In this document: one piece after another, positions 56,824-64,000 of the stretch | Position numbering within the stretch: position 1 is the first letter of the stretch | Layout: every line of letters starts with the position of its first letter | Source of the DNA: Patescibacteria group bacterium | GTDB lineage: Bacteria; Patescibacteriota; Patescibacteriia; UM-FILTER-42-10 | Assembly (NCBI GenBank): GCA_018825385.1 | Contig: JAHJEX010000074.1 | Span: 997 to 64,996 of the forward strand | Direction of reading: 5' to 3' | DNA length: 64,000 nucleotides | The notes under the pieces: model-generated | The model's database searches: none | Told to the model about the DNA's origin: nothing | Seen by the model: the letters and a program-made list of their open reading frames with translations, nothing else | Program-made: the position numbers and the translations under genes

Positions 56824-58038
56824 ATGGTTATTGGTATTGATGCTTCGCGGGCAAACGAGGTAAAGAAAACCGGCACAGAATGGTATGCGTATCATCTGAT
56901 CCAGGAATTTAAGAAAATCGCTGATCCAAATGATCAGTTTATTTTGTATTCGAAGGAACCTCTGCGGGGGGAACTAGCAGAACTACCATCAAACTTTGTA
57001 AGCAAAGTTTTAAATTGGCCACCTAAATTTCTTTGGACTCAAGTTAGGCTTTCATTAGAAATGCTGCTTAAAAGGCCAAGTATCTTATTTGTCCCTGCAC
57101 ATACTATTCCTTTTATCCATCCCAAAAACACAGTCACAACCCTTCATGATGTAGGGTTTGAAAGATTTAGCAAACTTTATTCCAAAAAGATAATTGGGTA
57201 TCAATCATCATTTATAAAATTTCTCTTAAATATTTTAATAAGGCTTCTAACTTTGGGCAAATATGGAAGTAATGAATATGATTACCATCGATTTTCTGCT
57301 CGATTTGCACTTAAGCATGCAAAAACAGTTCTAACTATTTCAAAATTTTCGAAAAAAGAAATAGTTGAACTATTTGGCGTAAAATATGACCGGAAAATTA
57401 ATGTGATCCCATTGGCTCATGATAAATCCATATTAGAATTTGATTATTCTAGTGCGCGCATTAATCAAGTACTGAAGCAATACCATATTAGTCAACCGTT
57501 TATTTTATATATCGGAAGACTGGAGGAGAAAAAAAATATAGCTGGGCTTATTGATGCATTCCATAGTCTAAGAAGTGACTATGTATTTGATGGCCAGCTG
57601 GTATTAATTGGCAAGTCGGGATATCGTTTCGATGCCGTGATGCAAAACATAAAAAAATACAATTTAGAAAACTTTGTTATACTTCCAGGCTGGGTTACAG
57701 AGGAAGAAAGAGTTATCCTGCTCAGATCTGCGGCTGTTTTCATTTTTCCAAGCTTCTACGAGGGATTTGGCATTCCACTGCTTGAAGCAATGGCAGTAGG
57801 CGTTCCTGTAGTCGCATCAAATGTTGCATCGATTCCTGAGGTAGTAGGGGATGCTGCTGTACTAGTAGACCCTAATAGTCCAGAAGACCTGGCAAAATCA
57901 ACCTATAATGTCCTATGTAATCAAAATTCCCTGCGAGATAGCCTAGTGAATAGAGGATATAATCGTGCTAAAAATTTCAGTTGGGAAAAAACCGCTATTG
58001 CAACGCTAAAACAGATAATGAGTAGCATTAATAGTTGA
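56824..58038 (+). CDS. Glycosyltransferase family 4 (mannosyltransferase-like)
   Basis: [32 protein letters not shown] and FSW motifs. Confidence 0.92.
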   Translation: MVIGIDASRANEVKKTGTEWYAYHLIQEFKKIADPNDQFILYSKEPLRGELAELPSNFVSKVLNWPPKFLWTQVRLSLEMLLKRPSILFVPAHTIPFIHPKNTVTTLHDVGFERFSKLYSKKIIGYQSSFIKFLLNILIRLLTLGKYGSNEYDYHRFSARFALKHAKTVLTISKFSKKEIVELFGVKYDRKINVIPLAHDKSILEFDYSSARINQVLKQYHISQPFILYIGRLEEKKNIAGLIDAFHSLRSDYVFDGQLVLIGKSGYRFDAVMQNIKKYNLENFVILPGWVTEEERVILLRSAAVFIFPSFYEGFGIPLLEAMAVGVPVVASNVASIPEVVGDAAVLVDPNSPEDLAKSTYNVLCNQNSLRDSLVNRGYNRAKNFSWEKTAIATLKQIMSSINS

Positions 58039-58138
58039 CAAAATGCATCTTGAATGGTCCTTTAAATTGTGGTATCATTGGCTTGTCCTCAAATATGAGG
58101 ATTTTTTAAAATAATGCAGCTATAGCAAAATCACATAA

Positions 58139-59152
58139 ATGGGAAAAGGTACTTTTATCGGAAACAATCAGGTTGTTGAATTTCTGAAACGCGCTGTCCG
58201 TGACCAATTTTTTGTCCACGCATATCTTTTTGCAGGACCAAGCAAAATTGGTAAGTTTAGTCTCGCCAAAGATTTTGCAAAATCTGTTCTTTGCCAAAAT
58301 ATAAATAGAACCCGGGCAAATAAATTCTGCGGCAAGTGTGATGGATGCTTACAGTTTGACAAAGGTCTTCATGCCGATTTTCATTTGTTGCAAAAAGATG
58401 ACGATAAAAAGAATATACCTATTGAAGCAATTCGCTCGTTTCAGGAAAAGTTTTACAGAACATCACTTTTAACTGACAGAAAAGTTGGCATTATTGATAC
58501 GGCAGATACCTTAAATATTGAAGGTGCAAATGCACTTCTTAAAACATTGGAAGAGCCGCCAGGAAAATCTATTATTATACTGATTTCTGATAATTTAGAT
58601 TCGCTTCCTTCAACCGTAATTTCTCGCTGCCAAGTACTCCCTTTCACCATAGTGTCACGCTCAGAGATTGTAGCAATGCTCGAAGACATCGGCTGCAGTA
58701 GATCAACAGCAAACACTATTAGTCCATTATCTTTGGGAAGACCTGGTATTGCAGTAGAATTTTATAAAAACTCTAATAAACTTGAAAGGTACACAAAAGC
58801 CGTTCGCGAATTAATTAAAATTTATGATAATAGCATCGCAGAAAAGTTTAGCTTCATACAACATTTCCTTGGATCAAGAAAGTACCAAGAAAAATTAGAA
58901 GGCGCAACAGAATTATTGAGCCAGATTAGCATTATTATTCGCGATTGCGTGCTTATAAAAAGTGAGCTGGAAAAACAGATAGTAAATATTTCAGAGTTGA
59001 GCGCTCTTAAAAAGCTTTCGTTGGTATTTACATATTCTGACCTAATAAGCCAGCAAAAAAAAGTACAGTCCATTAAGGACAAACTGGTAAATAATATCAA
59101 CCCTCAATTGGCATTAGAAAATTACTTTTTAACTATGAAGGCCTATGCGTAA
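58139..59152 (+). CDS. holB: DNA polymerase III subunit delta'
   Basis: HAYLFAGP..IGK, zinc module C...CGKC..C, ANALLKTLEEPP and T..SRC motifs. Confidence 0.88.
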   Translation: MGKGTFIGNNQVVEFLKRAVRDQFFVHAYLFAGPSKIGKFSLAKDFAKSVLCQNINRTRANKFCGKCDGCLQFDKGLHADFHLLQKDDDKKNIPIEAIRSFQEKFYRTSLLTDRKVGIIDTADTLNIEGANALLKTLEEPPGKSIIILISDNLDSLPSTVISRCQVLPFTIVSRSEIVAMLEDIGCSRSTANTISPLSLGRPGIAVEFYKNSNKLERYTKAVRELIKIYDNSIAEKFSFIQHFLGSRKYQEKLEGATELLSQISIIIRDCVLIKSELEKQIVNISELSALKKLSLVFTYSDLISQQKKVQSIKDKLVNNINPQLALENYFLTMKAYA

Positions 59153-60212
59153 ATCATATTTTTTCATTATAGTGCTATTACTTGCTTTTGTCGTAACGGG
59201 TGCAGGATGTATTAGTATATCTTCTACAAAATCCGTAGATGGTGGAGTTTTTCGCTCTGATGACAGTGCTGAAACATGGGCACAAAAGGCTTTTGTTCGA
59301 CAGGAAAAAAAGGACACAATTGCTATCAATAATGTAAATGTAATAACTATGCTTTTTCATCCTGACGATGAAGATACAATCTATTTAGGTACAGAGCGGA
59401 ATGGAATCTGGCGCACAAAAAACAGAGGAGAACAATGGGAGGCATTTGGTATTACCTCTGGCAACTACTCAACTATCAGCATTGACCCTCAATCACCAGA
59501 GATAGTGTACACTGCTACGGGATCTACTATCATAAAAACGACTGATGATGGGAAAAATTGGGAAACAATATATCTTGAACCAAGAAATCAAAATATTGTG
59601 TCAGTAAACATAGATAATTATGAACCTTCACGTTTACTTGCAGCTACACAAGACGCGCAAATAATCGAGAGTGCGGATTACGGTGAAACATGGACAACAA
59701 TTAATCCTGATATTCCATTGAAAACAACGCTTAAGCGATTGTACATTAACCCCTCAGATACTAGAGTTGTCTATGCAGTAACATTTAGCGATGGTATATA
59801 CAAATCAACGGACAAAGGAGCTAATTGGACATTGATAACTGAAGCTTTTATAGAATATCCAGGAGCAAATACAATAAACTGGTTCACATTTACTGAAAAG
59901 GATCCAAATATACTATATGTCGCAACAAATTATGGAATTCTAAAAAGTCCTGACGCCGGGGCAACATGGCTGCCAATTGAAACGCTTTTTCCTTTCGGTT
60001 CAGTTCCAATCTCAACTATTGATGTAAATCCAGACAACCATGATGAAATATATTTCACTATTGGTAAAGTAGTTCATAAAACTACAGATGCAAGTACTAC
60101 CTGGAAAACTATTGAAACATTTCCTTCGGGCCGAGGAATTACCAGTATTCTAGTTGATCGTGAAACACCTGGAACTATATACGCAGGAACGTATGCACCA
60201 AAGAAGAAATAA
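59145..60212 (+). CDS. Lipoprotein with a BNR/Asp-box beta-propeller (YCF48/sortilin-like)
   Basis: Lipobox-like VTGAGC; repeated (S/T)xDxGxxW Asp-boxes. Confidence 0.8.
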   Translation: MRKSYFFIIVLLLAFVVTGAGCISISSTKSVDGGVFRSDDSAETWAQKAFVRQEKKDTIAINNVNVITMLFHPDDEDTIYLGTERNGIWRTKNRGEQWEAFGITSGNYSTISIDPQSPEIVYTATGSTIIKTTDDGKNWETIYLEPRNQNIVSVNIDNYEPSRLLAATQDAQIIESADYGETWTTINPDIPLKTTLKRLYINPSDTRVVYAVTFSDGIYKSTDKGANWTLITEAFIEYPGANTINWFTFTEKDPNILYVATNYGILKSPDAGATWLPIETLFPFGSVPISTIDVNPDNHDEIYFTIGKVVHKTTDASTTWKTIETFPSGRGITSILVDRETPGTIYAGTYAPKKK

Positions 60213-60228
60213 TAACTAACAAAATTAC

Positions 60229-60780
60229 ATGGAATATATTGACGAATTCAAATTAAATGCCGAAAAGGCAATAGAGCATCTAAAAGCCGAACTTTCAAAA
60301 ATTCGATCGGGAAGAGCTATGCCTAGTTTGGTTGAAAATATCCCAGTGGAGTGTTATGGCAATATATCTCCACTAGTCCAACTAGCAACTATTACAGCAC
60401 CCGATCATGGATCATTGCTTATCCAGCCTTGGGATAAAGCTGTAATGAAGGAAATTGAGAAGGCAATTTACGCTTCTAATATTGGATTGTCTCCTGTTAA
60501 CGAAGGCCAGCATATTCGGGTCAGTATTCCTTCTTTAACAGAGGAAAAGCGACTGGAATTAGTAAAACTAATAAATGAGAGAGTTGAAGCTGCAAGGATT
60601 GCCGTTCGAAATACTAGAGAAATAGCAAATAACGATTTACGTACTCAAGAAAAGGACAAGACAATATCTAAAGATGATCTATTTGCCTCACAGAAAGATC
60701 TACAGAAAGAAACTGATTCATTTATTGAACAGATAAAAGTAATCGCCGAGAAAAAAGAAAAAGAAATAATGACCATTTAG
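60229..60780 (+). CDS. frr: Ribosome recycling factor
   Basis: IRSGRA.P, IQPWDK, P.LTEEKR, AVRN.R and KEKEIM motifs. Confidence 0.96.
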   Translation: MEYIDEFKLNAEKAIEHLKAELSKIRSGRAMPSLVENIPVECYGNISPLVQLATITAPDHGSLLIQPWDKAVMKEIEKAIYASNIGLSPVNEGQHIRVSIPSLTEEKRLELVKLINERVEAARIAVRNTREIANNDLRTQEKDKTISKDDLFASQKDLQKETDSFIEQIKVIAEKKEKEIMTI

Positions 60781-60783
60781 AAT

Positions 60784-61890
60784 ATGTTCACCATCCTTAT
60801 TTTAGTTGTAGTATTAGGGCTAATAATATTTGTCCACGAAGCTGGGCACTATTTTGCTGCAAAAAAGCTAGGCGCAACTGTCGAGGAATTTGGTTTTGGC
60901 TTCCCACCTCGAATCTTTGGGATAAAACGAAAAGGAACAATATATTCAATAAACTGGATTCCGTTTGGTGGTTTTGTGAAAATAAAGGGAGAAGCAGGAG
61001 AACATAAAGCAGATGCGGATAGTTTTGCATATCAAAAAATTTGGAAAAGAGCTGTTATTCTTTCTAGTGGCGTGTTTATGAATTTCGTTTTAGCTGTAGT
61101 TCTGCTGAGTATTGGGTTCTTTATCGGACTTCCTTCGGTCGTAACAGATGATATTCCTAAAGACAGAATGCATGATGAAAAGATCCAGGTCTTATCAGTA
61201 TTAGAAGAATCTCCTGCTTTTGAGGCGGGATTTGAAGTAGGAGATAATATTTTATCAGTCGATGGAAATGAATTCGCAACTGTTGACGATCTAATTGCTT
61301 ATACCACACCTAGATTGAACGAAACAGTGCACATCGAAACATCAAGAGGAAAAGAAATAATTCCGTATGATTTGACTCTAAAGGATTTGCAGGAGAATGG
61401 CGAGGCGAAAATGGGCGCAGGGCTTGTAGAAACCGCAATAGTTTCGTATCCATGGTATGAGGCAATATACCAAGGGATCAAAACATCAATTTCTGTAACG
61501 TGGCAAATTCTGATGGCATTTTATGAGCTATTAAAAAATCTAATTGTTGCACAAACAGTGCCTGCAGATATTTCTGGCCCGATAGGGATAGCTGTGATGA
61601 CATCAAGGGTTGCAAAGCTAGGGTTCATATATCTGCTCCAGTTTACCGCATTACTTTCAATTAATCTCATGATTTTAAATTTCTTGCCTTTCCCTGCACT
61701 AGATGGAGGACGCGTTTTGTTTTTACTGATTGAAAAACTTCGCGGTAAACCAGTAGGGCAAAAAGTGGAGTCAATGATACATACTGTTGGTTTCTTTATT
61801 CTGATAGGTCTTGTTGTGTTGGTCAGTGTGCGTGATGTTTCTCGATTCAAGGATAGTATTTTTGGATTTATGAAAAATTTAATAGGATAA
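60784..61890 (+). CDS. rseP: RIP metalloprotease RseP (site-2 protease with PDZ)
   Basis: HEAGH, EFGFGFPP, PDZ segment, SGPIGI and NFLPFPALDGG motifs. Confidence 0.94.
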   Translation: MFTILILVVVLGLIIFVHEAGHYFAAKKLGATVEEFGFGFPPRIFGIKRKGTIYSINWIPFGGFVKIKGEAGEHKADADSFAYQKIWKRAVILSSGVFMNFVLAVVLLSIGFFIGLPSVVTDDIPKDRMHDEKIQVLSVLEESPAFEAGFEVGDNILSVDGNEFATVDDLIAYTTPRLNETVHIETSRGKEIIPYDLTLKDLQENGEAKMGAGLVETAIVSYPWYEAIYQGIKTSISVTWQILMAFYELLKNLIVAQTVPADISGPIGIAVMTSRVAKLGFIYLLQFTALLSINLMILNFLPFPALDGGRVLFLLIEKLRGKPVGQKVESMIHTVGFFILIGLVVLVSVRDVSRFKDSIFGFMKNLIG

Positions 61891-61894
61891 CAAT

Positions 61895-63124
61895 ATGAAA
61901 CAATCCAAACTATTCCCAAAAACTAGCAAAACTGTATCTCGAGAGGAAATAAGTACAAATGCACAGTTCTTAGTGAAAGGCGGCTTTATAAATAAACTTA
62001 TGGCCGGCGTTTATACTTATATGCCACTTGGACTACGAGTCTTAAAGAAAATTGAAAACGTTATTCGGGAGGAAATAAATGCAATTGATGGACAGGAAAT
62101 TTTTATGCCGGCACTTCATCCCCATGAAAACTATGTTACAACCGGTCGCGAAAACATTGATGTACTATTTCATCCTGAATCGGTCTCAGGAAAAAAGTAC
62201 GTGCTTGGTCAAAGCCATGAGGAAGTAATTGTACCATTAGTTAAACAGTATATTAGCTCATACAAAGACCTCCCTTTATATCTGTATCAGATTCAGACAG
62301 AATTCAGAAATGAGCTAAGAGCCAAATCCGGCATTCTGCGGGGAAGAGAGTTTATGATGAAAGACTTGTATTCTTTCCATCGTGATGACAAGGACTTTGA
62401 TGAATACTACGAAAAAGCAAAGCTAGCATATATGAGTATATTCAGGCGCGTTGGGATTGGAAATTCTACCTATCTTACTTTTGCTTCGGGCGGAACTTTC
62501 TCTAAATATTCACACGTGTTTCAAACAATAACACATTCTGGAGAGGACACGATTTATTTGTGCAGGAAATGCCGAATTGCTGTTAATAAAGATATAGTTA
62601 ACGAGCAAAAGTCATGTCCCGAATGCCAAAGTACAGATTTAGAACCAGAAAAGTCAATTGAAGTCGGAAACATATTTCCACTGAAGACAAAGTTTTCAAA
62701 TGCGTTTCATTTATCCTACACTGATGAAAATGGGAACAGCCGAGAAGTAGTAATGGGATGCTATGGAATAGGACTAGGAAGAGTGCTGGGAACAGTTGTC
62801 GAGGTAAATAATGATGATAACGGTATTATCTGGCCAGACGAAATAGCCCCATTTGATGTTCACCTTATTAGTATTGACGCAGACAAAAATGGTAATGATA
62901 TTTACTCCACTTTACAGAAAAATGGAGTTGACGTATTATATGATGACCGAAAAGAATCAGCGGGTTCTAAGCTAAAGGATGCTGATTTGATTGGTATACC
63001 CATACGGCTCGTGGTAAGTAAAAAAACCGGAGATAAAGTTGAGATGAAGAAAAGGAAGGATAGTAAAGCCACGATATGCAGTTTAAATGAAGTGCTAGAT
63101 ACAATAAGTAAACAAAATGTTTAA
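61895..63124 (+). CDS. proS: Proline--tRNA ligase, short form without the INS editing domain
   Basis: GVYTYMPLG, HEE, FRNE.R...G.LRGREF.MKD.YSF, EVGNIF.L, MGCYGIG..R and DADLIG.P motifs. Confidence 0.95.
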   Translation: MKQSKLFPKTSKTVSREEISTNAQFLVKGGFINKLMAGVYTYMPLGLRVLKKIENVIREEINAIDGQEIFMPALHPHENYVTTGRENIDVLFHPESVSGKKYVLGQSHEEVIVPLVKQYISSYKDLPLYLYQIQTEFRNELRAKSGILRGREFMMKDLYSFHRDDKDFDEYYEKAKLAYMSIFRRVGIGNSTYLTFASGGTFSKYSHVFQTITHSGEDTIYLCRKCRIAVNKDIVNEQKSCPECQSTDLEPEKSIEVGNIFPLKTKFSNAFHLSYTDENGNSREVVMGCYGIGLGRVLGTVVEVNNDDNGIIWPDEIAPFDVHLISIDADKNGNDIYSTLQKNGVDVLYDDRKESAGSKLKDADLIGIPIRLVVSKKTGDKVEMKKRKDSKATICSLNEVLDTISKQNV

Positions 63125-64000
63125 TTCAATTTTCGGAAGATTCTCTCAAGATCTTGGAATTGACCTAGGAACGGCCAATACTTTGGTTTATGTGAAAGAT
63201 AAAGGTATTGTTATTAATGAACCGTCAATTGTTGCAATCAATACAAGAACTGACCAGATTCTTGCTGTTGGGACCGATGCAAAAAATATGATCGGGAAAA
63301 CTCCTGCCCATATTGTTGCAACTCGTCCACTCGCAGACGGTGTTATTTCTGATTTTGAGGTTACAGAAAAAATGCTTAAGCACTTCATTGAAAAGGTACA
63401 TAGAGAATCTTTTTCAATTCTCCCAAGACCACGAATTGTAATTGGAATCCCAATGAGTATTACCGAAGTCGAACGTAAAGCAGTTGAAGATGCTGCGTTG
63501 AATGCAGGTGCCCGTCAAGTTTTCTTAATCGAAGAGCCGATAGCAGCCGCTGTTGGTGCTAGACTCCCAATTCAAACCTCTACAGGAAGCCTTGTTGTTG
63601 ATATCGGGGGTGGGACAACCGAAATAGCGGTTATTTCTTTGGGTGGCATAGTCACTTGGAAGTCCTTGAGAGTTGCAGGAAATGAGCTAGATAGTAACAT
63701 TATTCAATACGCAAGAGATAAGTTTAACTTGCTACTTGGGGAGCGTACTGCAGAGCAAATAAAAATGGAAATCGGTTCAGCATTTCCTGATAAGGAAATC
63801 AAAGAAACAAAGATGCGTGGTAGAGACCTAATTACTGGTCTGCCGAAAGAGGTGACTATTAATTCTGCTCAACTTCAGGAAGCGCTTGCCAGAACCGTAA
63901 GATTATTTATAGAGAATATTAAATCGACAGTAGAAGCTACACCACCTGAATTAGTTGCAGATATTTATGAAAGAGGTTTGATTCTAACTGGTGGTGGAGC
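63117..64000 (+). CDS. mreB: Rod shape-determining protein MreB (paralog 2), truncated by the window end
   Basis: Not in the ORF track. Manual translation gives MFNSIFGRFSQDLGIDLGTANTLVYVKDKGIVINEPS...DIGGGTTEIAV...LTGGG. Confidence 0.93.
   Translation, partial: MFNSIFGRFSQDLGIDLGTANTLVYVKDKGIVINEPSIVAINTRTDQILAVGTDAKNMIGKTPAHIVATRPLADGVISDFEVTEKMLKHFIEKVHRESFSILPRPRIVIGIPMSITEVERKAVEDAALNAGARQVFLIEEPIAAAVGARLPIQTSTGSLVVDIGGGTTEIAVISLGGIVTWKSLRVAGNELDSNIIQYARDKFNLLLGERTAEQIKMEIGSAFPDKEIKETKMRGRDLITGLPKEVTINSAQLQEALARTVRLFIENIKSTVEATPPELVADIYERGLILTGGG

Noticed and set aside
1363-63388. Numerous 60-137 aa antisense or out-of-frame ORFs in the track (e.g. 1945..2331, 10671..11042, 20843..21253, 47194..47607, 56347..56754, 63188..63388)
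   Set aside because: They lie within well-supported genes, show shadow-frame composition and have no recognisable motifs.
1-64000. Alternative genetic code (TGA=Gly, as in Gracilibacteria/Absconditabacteria)
   Set aside because: TGA terminates conserved genes at the expected positions (murD 4668-4670, mnmA 27794-27796), and the long genes are intact under code 11.

Overview
An AT-rich, gene-dense bacterial chromosome segment using genetic code 11, most consistent with Patescibacteria/CPR (Parcubacteria-like). That assignment is inferred from shortened AlaRS, ProRS, RpoA and L13, a SecD carrying a parvulin insert, DUF4012, a VirD4-like ATPase pair and many apparently leaderless genes. In order, it contains: a partial GT39 glycosyltransferase; a cell-wall cluster (mraY-pgeF-murD-ftsW-murG-murC/mpl-like-murB) with secA and an IMPase; a zero-gap divergent pair of Elp3 and a Trm9-like methyltransferase; two FG-GAP/L,D-transpeptidase fusions flanking two small paralogous orphans; secDF; a sigma-region-4/wHTH protein; a VirD4-like ATPase pair; mnmA; alaS; infA-rpmJ-rpsM-rpsK-rpsD-rpoA-rplQ-rplM-rpsI; flippase and glycosyltransferases; dus; UPF0182; a PD-(D/E)XK nuclease; a HAMP sensor with an ABC exporter; SPFH; DUF2207; a glycan cluster; two mreB genes, holB, frr, rseP and proS. 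No rRNA, tRNA, CRISPR array or mobile element was seen. The most notable items are (1) a candidate eukaryote/archaea-type mcm5(s2)U34 tRNA-modification module (Elp3 + Trm9-like + MnmA), (2) a stand-alone 17-aa four-Cys micropeptide gene with its own promoter, SD and terminator, (3) a stand-alone structured ncRNA candidate near 38.5 kb, and (4) adhesin-like beta-propeller L,D-transpeptidases preceded by a structured leader. All family assignments come from motif recognition by eye; no searches were run.
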